DNA from: Flexivirga sp.
Lineage (GTDB): Bacteria; Actinomycetota; Actinomycetes; Actinomycetales; Dermatophilaceae
Direction: 5' to 3'
DNA length: 32,000 bases
Assembly: GCF_035551235.1 (NCBI RefSeq)
Contig: NZ_DASZNO010000030.1
Location: 24,703-56,702 of the forward strand
The position numbers were made by a program, and so were the translations under genes. This document shows positions 26,754 through 32,000 of this stretch, one piece after another (the stretch's first letter is position 1; every line of letters begins with the position of its first letter). A model generated the notes under the pieces. It searched no databases. It had not been told where the DNA came from and saw nothing but the letters and a program-made list of their open reading frames with translations.

Positions 26754-27610
26754 ACCGGCAGCACCGCCTTGGCCAGTGCGGCGAGCGCAACGCGGCCCTT
26801 CTCGTGCGGGGGCAACGACATCCGCCGTTCGTAGACCGCGGTCGGGTTCTCCCGGATGCGCAGCAGCAGGTGGTGATAGATGCCGGCCATCGCCGCGCAG
26901 CTGGCCGCGCTGCGATGGTCCAGCTGCGGCAGCAGGCGCAGCCCGAGGTCGTACCAGTGCTCGGCGCGCTCCGCCGCGAAACTGATGTATGCCGCCAGCC
27001 GTGCATCCGGGTCGTGCAGCGCGCCCGCGTCGTCCAGTTGCAGGTTGACCCCGAAGTCGGCGAGTTCCTCGCGCGGCAGGTAGACGCGGCCCAGCAGCAG
27101 GTCCTCGCGGATGTCGCGCAGGATGTTGGTCTGCTGCAACGCGATGCCGAGCTGGTCCGCGAAGAGCGGCGCCCGGGGATCGGTGCCCTTCCCGAAGATG
27201 GACAGGCACAGCCGACCGATCGATCCGGCGACGCACCGGCAGTAGACGCGCAACTCGTCGAAGCTCTCGTAGGTGGCACCGCGCAGGTCCATCTCGACGC
27301 CGTCGAGCAGCTCCTCGAACGCGTCCAGCGGCACCGGATAACGACGCGCGGTCTCGGCGACCGCGACCAGCACCGGATCGGTCGACGCGTCGAGATCGGA
27401 CAGTTGCTTGCGCACGAGCCCCAACGCGGTGCGCTTGGTCTCGAGGGGAGCGTCGTCGTCGCCGATGTCGTCGATGCGTCGGGCGAGTGCGTAGAGAGCG
27501 CACAGGCCCTGTCGCTTGGGCACGGGCAGCAACCGGATGCCGTAGTAGAAGTTCCGCGCCTCGGTGCGGGTGACTGCCTCGGCCGCCGCGAACGCTTCCT
27601 GCACTGTCAT
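26750..27610 (-). CDS. hpnD: Presqualene diphosphate synthase HpnD (squalene/phytoene synthase family)
   Basis: ATG 27610 lies 1 nt after the hpnC stop. Motifs EARNFYYGIRLLPVPKRQGLCALYALARRIDDIGD and LQQTNILRDIREDLLLGRVYLP are present. The ORF extension to 27682 overlaps hpnC. Confidence 0.85.
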   Translation of the reverse strand: MTVQEAFAAAEAVTRTEARNFYYGIRLLPVPKRQGLCALYALARRIDDIGDDDAPLETKRTALGLVRKQLSDLDASTDPVLVAVAETARRYPVPLDAFEELLDGVEMDLRGATYESFDELRVYCRCVAGSIGRLCLSIFGKGTDPRAPLFADQLGIALQQTNILRDIREDLLLGRVYLPREELADFGVNLQLDDAGALHDPDARLAAYISFAAERAEHWYDLGLRLLPQLDHRSAASCAAMAGIYHHLLLRIRENPTAVYERRMSLPPHEKGRVALAALAKAVLPV

Positions 27611-27611
27611 C

Positions 27612-28469
27612 TCATCGCCCCCTGGTGAGTAACAGTCGAATCCCGTGGCGCAGCAGCTGAATCCGCCGGGGTCGAAGAGCATCGCCCCGGGTCACATCAC
27701 CGCCGGCAGCTTCCAACGCGTCCGCCGTCGCGAGCCCTCCGGCGACGTAGCCGGCCACCGCGACCCTGCCCCAGCCGCGTAGTTCACCGACGAGTTGTGT
27801 TCCGACAGAGAGCATTTCGCGGCACACCGCGACCTGCTCCAGCACGACGTGATGCAGCGCCGCGGCGCTGCCCGGCAGCAGCATCGTCGTGTCGGTCAGG
27901 CCGACGGCAGCCAGCTGGTCCTGCGGGAGATAGACACGTCCGGCCCGGTGATCCTCGACAACGTCCTGGCAGTGCTCGAGCACTTGCAACGCGGCGCACA
28001 CCGAGTCGCTCCACGCGATGCGCTGCGGCGTCGACTGACCGAAGACGGCCAGCACCAGCCGTCCGATCGGATGCGCGGACAGCGCGCAGTAATCGAGCAG
28101 ACCCGCGAAATCCCTGTAGCGAGTGACGTGTTGGTCGACCAGGTTCGCCTCGATGAGATCGTCGAAAGCGCTCAGCGGCAGGCGGAATTCGCGCGTGTAT
28201 GGCGCAAGGTCGAGCAGCACACGACTGCGCGGTGTCTGACGGCGCTCTACCCGGTGCAGGTCGATCCGAAACGCGTTCAGCGCGGCGACGCGGTCGCCCG
28301 GCGCGGCATCGCCGAGTTGGTCGATGTGGCGGGCGACGTCATACACGGCGAGCAATGCGTGGCGATAGCGCACGGGCAGGATGCGCAGCGCGACCGGGAA
28401 GTTCTCGGTTGCGGCGCTGGGGGTGACATCAGCAGCACTGACGTCCGAGGGGCTGGTTGCGCCAATCAT
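27612..28469 (-). CDS. hpnC: Hydroxysqualene synthase HpnC (squalene/phytoene synthase family)
   Basis: ENFPVALRILPVRYRHALLAVYDVARHIDQLGD and LQVLEHCQDVVEDHRAGRVYLP. It is the first gene of the minus-strand operon. Confidence 0.85.
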   Translation of the reverse strand: MIGATSPSDVSAADVTPSAATENFPVALRILPVRYRHALLAVYDVARHIDQLGDAAPGDRVAALNAFRIDLHRVERRQTPRSRVLLDLAPYTREFRLPLSAFDDLIEANLVDQHVTRYRDFAGLLDYCALSAHPIGRLVLAVFGQSTPQRIAWSDSVCAALQVLEHCQDVVEDHRAGRVYLPQDQLAAVGLTDTTMLLPGSAAALHHVVLEQVAVCREMLSVGTQLVGELRGWGRVAVAGYVAGGLATADALEAAGGDVTRGDALRPRRIQLLRHGIRLLLTRGR

Positions 28470-28565
28470 TTGTATCCAGGGTGCGCCGAACCAATCTGCA
28501 AGCGCTGCACCGAATTGTGTGGATCTGGCGGCCCGCCTTTGTCACCAAGTGATAGACCTGATGGT

Positions 28566-29780
28566 GTGGGGAATACGTTGAGCGTCGCTGACGTACCCGG
28601 GAGCCAGCGTCCCGAGCTACGCCTGCTGCAGTCACGCCTGGTGACGCACTTCCCGCAGATCATGCTGGCGGTCGCGCAGGAGCTCGAAATGCTGTGGCCG
28701 GCGTGCGTCGAGTTCGCGGCCGAACGCGGCACCGAGCTCTCCGACACCGCGGATCAGGTGGTGCCCAGACTGCTGGCGACAGTGGAGGCCGAAGCGCTTG
28801 CGCGTCCGGCGACCGCGCCGGAGCTCGACCCGTTGCTGGTGGCGATGTTCGACCAGCTCGGTCGTGTCCAGTTCCGGCAGGGTCGGGATCTGAACGGCAT
28901 TCTCACGGCATACCAAGCCGGCGCGCGCGTCGCGTGGGCACACATCTCGCAGGAGGCGATGCAGGTCGGCCTCGACGCGCGGCGGCTCGCCCGGCTCGCG
29001 GAGACGCTCTTCATGCTGACGCACGACATCTCGGCGCGCACGACCGATGGCTATGTGCGCGAGCAGTCCGAGCGTGGCTTGGTGTCACACCGGGCGCGCG
29101 GCGAGCTCTCCGGGCTGCTGATGTCGACCTTGCCGGACCGCAACGGGATTCGGCTGGCCGCGGACCAGGCGGGTTGGGTGGTCCCGGATGAACTCGCCTT
29201 CGTGCTGCTGCGCGATCAGGACGACCCGCCGCTCACGGCCAAGCCGCGACTCGACCCGGAGTGGCTCGTCGTGCACGTCGGTGATGTCGTGGGCTGGCTG
29301 GTGCCATGGGTCGCCGGCATCGAGGCGCGGCTGCAGCGAGCGTTGGGGGACGTGCCGGCCGTCGTCGGGCCGCCCGTGCCGGTGACCGACGTTCGCCGCA
29401 GCATGCGGGTCGCGCGCAGCGCACGTCGCTTGCAGGATGCCGGTGCGCTGCCGAACCGAATGATCTTCGTGCCCGAGCACATCGACACGATGTTGGTCCA
29501 CCGCAACCCGGAGTTGTTGGCAGCGTTACGTTTTCGCGTGCTGGCGCCGTTGGATCCCCTGCCGGAGTCGACCCGGGAGCGACTCGTGGAGACGTTGACC
29601 AGCTGGCTGCGGCACTTCGGCTCCCGCCGCGAGGTCGCCGAGGAGTTGCACATCCACCCGCAGACCGTCCGCTATCGGCTCGACCAGTTGCGCGAGATCT
29701 TCGGCGAGGCGCTGGATGATCCCGCACAACGTGCGCAGCTCTTCCTCGCGCTGGTCTGGGGCGCGCCGCCGGAGGTCTGA
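28566..29780 (+). CDS. PucR-family transcriptional regulator (C-terminal HTH)
   Basis: The C-terminus LVETLTSWLRHFGSRREVAEELHIHPQTVRYRLDQLREIFG is the PucR_C HTH signature. The start is GTG 28566, or TTG 28578 preceded by GGGGAA. The ORF part upstream of 28470 is antisense to hpnC and is rejected. Divergent from the hopanoid operon. Confidence 0.7.
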   Translation: MGNTLSVADVPGSQRPELRLLQSRLVTHFPQIMLAVAQELEMLWPACVEFAAERGTELSDTADQVVPRLLATVEAEALARPATAPELDPLLVAMFDQLGRVQFRQGRDLNGILTAYQAGARVAWAHISQEAMQVGLDARRLARLAETLFMLTHDISARTTDGYVREQSERGLVSHRARGELSGLLMSTLPDRNGIRLAADQAGWVVPDELAFVLLRDQDDPPLTAKPRLDPEWLVVHVGDVVGWLVPWVAGIEARLQRALGDVPAVVGPPVPVTDVRRSMRVARSARRLQDAGALPNRMIFVPEHIDTMLVHRNPELLAALRFRVLAPLDPLPESTRERLVETLTSWLRHFGSRREVAEELHIHPQTVRYRLDQLREIFGEALDDPAQRAQLFLALVWGAPPEV

Positions 29781-29784
29781 CCGC

Positions 29785-31824
29785 TCAGCGCGCGATCCGG
29801 TCCGACTCCGGGTGGTCAGGAAACTCAGGAATTTCAGTGCCCACTCGCCGGTCCGACGCGAGCAGGTGTGCGTCGAGCGCCTCGGCATACGCCCGTGCAT
29901 CGAGCAGGCCGGCGTCGGTGACGACCGTGATGCCGAGCATGCCGTTCCAGCTGAGCGCGCCGATCGTCAGCGGTATGCCGGGAGCCGGCGGCAGGATCGG
30001 GTGCACCCGATCGACCGCGCCACCGGCCAGCGTGAAGCGCTGGTCCGGGCCTGGCATGTTGGACACGATCGCCTGAAAATACTTGGGGCCGTAAACAGTT
30101 CGGGCGAACCATCGCCGCCCGGCGGGTGGCGCGGCACGCAGCGCGGTGGCCATCACCCAGCGCGACGCGAGTGCACGGGTCGGCGTGCGCAGGGCACCAC
30201 CGCGGCGGCATACCTCGTCCCGCAGGTCGGCCGGCGACGCATTCCGGGCGGGGACGTCCAGGAGGACCGCGCCGGTGAGGTTCCCGCCGTCGTCGGCACC
30301 CGCACCCGGTGCTCGCAACATGACCGGGACGGACACACGTAGTTGCTCGCCGCACCGCTGCGCCAGCGCCGGGTCGACCGCCGCGAGGGCAGAGCCGGTT
30401 GCCGCCAGCAGCAGCTCCGTGACCCGCATCCGGTGTGCGCGGGCGGCGTCACGCACCGTCTCGAGCGGGACCTCGAACGTCGCGAAGCCACGCCGCGGCC
30501 CGCCCGTCGGCAGCACCGTCGCCGGCTTGCCGTCGGTCGCCAACTGCGCCAGCCCCTGTATGACGCCGGCGCTCCGACGCATCGCGGACGGGCCCTCCCG
30601 CGCCGGGATCGGCAACTCGTAGGGCGGCTCCAGCAGGTTCAGCAGCTTGGCCACCGCACCGATGCCGTCGGCCATGCAGTGGTGCATCACGATGCAGAAC
30701 GCCGCCTGCCCACCGACGCCCCGGATCACCCACGCCCGCCACAACGGCCGATCACGGGGCAACTCCTGCGCGGTCAGCTCGCCCACCAGCACGTCGAGAT
30801 CCGCGAGGTCCGAACCGGGCGGCAGCGCGACCTCGACCAGGTGGTGCGACCAGTCGATCGGCCCGGCCGGCACCCACCGCGACACCCCGGGAGCCGCCAG
30901 CTGCTCGGTGAAGTGCGGCAGTTCGTCGAGTTGCGCGCCGATGGTGTCCTGGACCCGTGCGTAGGACGGCAGCGGTGCCCCCATCAGCACCAGACCCCCG
31001 ACATTCTGCGCGTGCCCGGGCGTCTCGACGTCCAGGAAGAACGCATCGGCCGTCGGCAGCGCCGTCCCCGGGTGCCGCCGCTGCCACCACTCGGTCACGG
31101 CCACCGCGGCGAGCACCACGACGGCCGCACCGAGCGCGTCCACGACGAAGTGGTTCGCGGTCGCGAGCACGACATACAGCGTCACGGCGACGTGTATGGC
31201 GCTCGCCACCTGCAACCAGCGCCGGTGCGACATCCGGGCGAGCATGACGCTCACCCACAGGGCCCAGGCCATGTGCAGCGACGGCATCGCGGCGAGCTGG
31301 TTGGCGCTCGCGACCAGCGGCGAACCCCACGAGCCCACCGTCCCGCCGGAGGACACGGTGTCGACATACCCGGGCATCATCCGCGGCGGCATCAGCGGGA
31401 AGAAGGCGAAACACGCGAACGCCAGCAGGTTCAGGACGACGAACGAGTTGCGCGCCTGCCGGTAGAGCGCCGGCGTCCACACATACGTGATCACCAGCAG
31501 CAGAGCGGCCGAGACGATGTAGGTCGTCGCGTATTCGTAGTTGGCGACGGTCATCAGCCCCGGTCGCCCGGCGAGCCAGGAGTTCAGCCGGCCCTCGACG
31601 TCCAGTTGCAGCCACTGCTCCAGCCGTATGACGCGCTCGCCGTGCGACCGTGCCGCGGCGGTGCGCGACGAGCCGTTCAGCGCATCGACGAGCAGGTAGA
31701 CGGAGAAGAGGGCGAGGCCGCCGAGCAGCTCCCGCGAGACACGGGGCCGCCGCTCGCGGGGGATCGCCGGCCACCGCACCGGCGGAAGGTGCAGTTGCAG
31801 GTGGTGCGGGTGCGTCGCACTCAA
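29785..31824 (-). CDS. Fusion: PAP2-like (PAP2_3 / IPC-synthase-like) membrane domain + WS/DGAT O-acyltransferase domain
   Basis: TTG 31824 is preceded by GAAGGAGGG at 7 nt. The N-terminal roughly 270 aa are polytopic with AAMPSLHMAWALW and ATANHFVVDALGAA motifs. The C-terminal roughly 400 aa carry the WS/DGAT catalytic HHxxxDG motif (VMHHCMADGIGAV) and SNMPGP. Confidence 0.8.
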   Translation of the reverse strand: MSATHPHHLQLHLPPVRWPAIPRERRPRVSRELLGGLALFSVYLLVDALNGSSRTAAARSHGERVIRLEQWLQLDVEGRLNSWLAGRPGLMTVANYEYATTYIVSAALLLVITYVWTPALYRQARNSFVVLNLLAFACFAFFPLMPPRMMPGYVDTVSSGGTVGSWGSPLVASANQLAAMPSLHMAWALWVSVMLARMSHRRWLQVASAIHVAVTLYVVLATANHFVVDALGAAVVVLAAVAVTEWWQRRHPGTALPTADAFFLDVETPGHAQNVGGLVLMGAPLPSYARVQDTIGAQLDELPHFTEQLAAPGVSRWVPAGPIDWSHHLVEVALPPGSDLADLDVLVGELTAQELPRDRPLWRAWVIRGVGGQAAFCIVMHHCMADGIGAVAKLLNLLEPPYELPIPAREGPSAMRRSAGVIQGLAQLATDGKPATVLPTGGPRRGFATFEVPLETVRDAARAHRMRVTELLLAATGSALAAVDPALAQRCGEQLRVSVPVMLRAPGAGADDGGNLTGAVLLDVPARNASPADLRDEVCRRGGALRTPTRALASRWVMATALRAAPPAGRRWFARTVYGPKYFQAIVSNMPGPDQRFTLAGGAVDRVHPILPPAPGIPLTIGALSWNGMLGITVVTDAGLLDARAYAEALDAHLLASDRRVGTEIPEFPDHPESDRIAR

Positions 31825-31870
31825 GGCAGATCCCTCCTTCGTCGGGTTCTGCCTTTCGCCTGAGTTTTTG

Positions 31871-31957
31871 CTCGCTCGCTTCGCTCGCTCGGGGGCCGGG
31901 CACCCCCACAAGCGGGTCGAGTAGCGGAGGAGCGCAGCGGGGGAGCGTATCGAGACC
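31871..31957. repeat. Intergenic repeat copy (CTCGCTCGCTTCGCTCGCTCGG + GCGGGTCGAGTAG...CGTATCGAGACC)
   Basis: 31912-31957 parallels 5706-5745. 31871-31893 is the reverse complement of the ccgagcgagcg(t/a)(g/a)gcgagc segment at 6301-6319, inside the inverted-repeat insert. Confidence 0.75.
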
Positions 31958-31970
31958 CCGCCCCGCGCGC

Positions 31971-31994
31971 CGGAAGAACTGACGGAAGAACTAG
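31971..31994. repeat. 12-nt tandem duplication cggaagaactga / cggaagaactag
   Basis: Read directly at the window edge. Each unit ends in a stop triplet. Confidence 0.8.
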
Positions 31995-32000
31995 GCGAAG

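Noticed and set aside
26754-27503. N-terminal 250 aa of the 1070-aa ORF 24291-27503 (Arg/Pro/Gly-rich)
   Set aside because: It overlaps hpnD in another frame and has no domain-like sequence. A proper ATG at 26753 with ATGA coupling to hpnD explains the gene. It is a typical high-GC stop-free extension.
27795-28565. Upstream 250 aa of ORF 27795-29780 (would make a 661-aa regulator)
   Set aside because: It is entirely antisense to hpnC and compositionally a shadow frame. The PucR-like sequence only begins after 28566.
28470-28565. Sigma-70-type promoter for the hopanoid operon (GTGACA ... CACAAT on the minus strand)
   Set aside because: Counting gives a 20-nt spacer, outside the functional range. 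No other convincing -35/-10 pair or clear operator palindrome could be identified by eye.

Overview
High-GC actinobacterial chromosome, origin-proximal region, almost fully coding. No tRNA or rRNA gene, CRISPR array, transposase or recognisable defence system was seen. All product calls rest on motif recognition and synteny recalled from Mycobacterium tuberculosis (Rv3907c-Rv3924c); no search could be run.

Layout:
- 1-5701 (+): conserved block rpmH(3' end)-rnpA-yidD-yidC-jag-rsmG-parA-parB, with four parS-like palindromes.
- 5702-6503: an unusual ~800-bp noncoding island made of repeats and a long inverted repeat.
- 6504-16239 (-): trxA, trxB, membrane anti-sigma factor, ECF sigma (SigM-like), stand-alone pseudokinase/discoidin protein, murJ, large Rv3909-like secreted protein, Nudix hydrolase.
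- 16305-17858 (+): CCA-adding enzyme.
- 18024-28469 (-): tightly packed hopanoid operon hpnC-hpnD-[hpnE~polyprenyl synthase]-shc-[hpnG~ispH]-hpnH-dxs.
- 28566-31824: divergent PucR-type regulator and a convergent PAP2-like/WS-DGAT fusion protein.

Most interesting observations:
- Two in-frame fusions in the hopanoid operon. The HpnE~polyprenyl synthase linker is built from an intergenic-type DNA repeat, so it may be a recently lost stop codon.
- The PAP2-like/acyltransferase fusion next to the operon.
- Several structured or dispersed repeat families in the few intergenic gaps.
- Two tandem ECF-type promoters between the sigma and anti-sigma genes.
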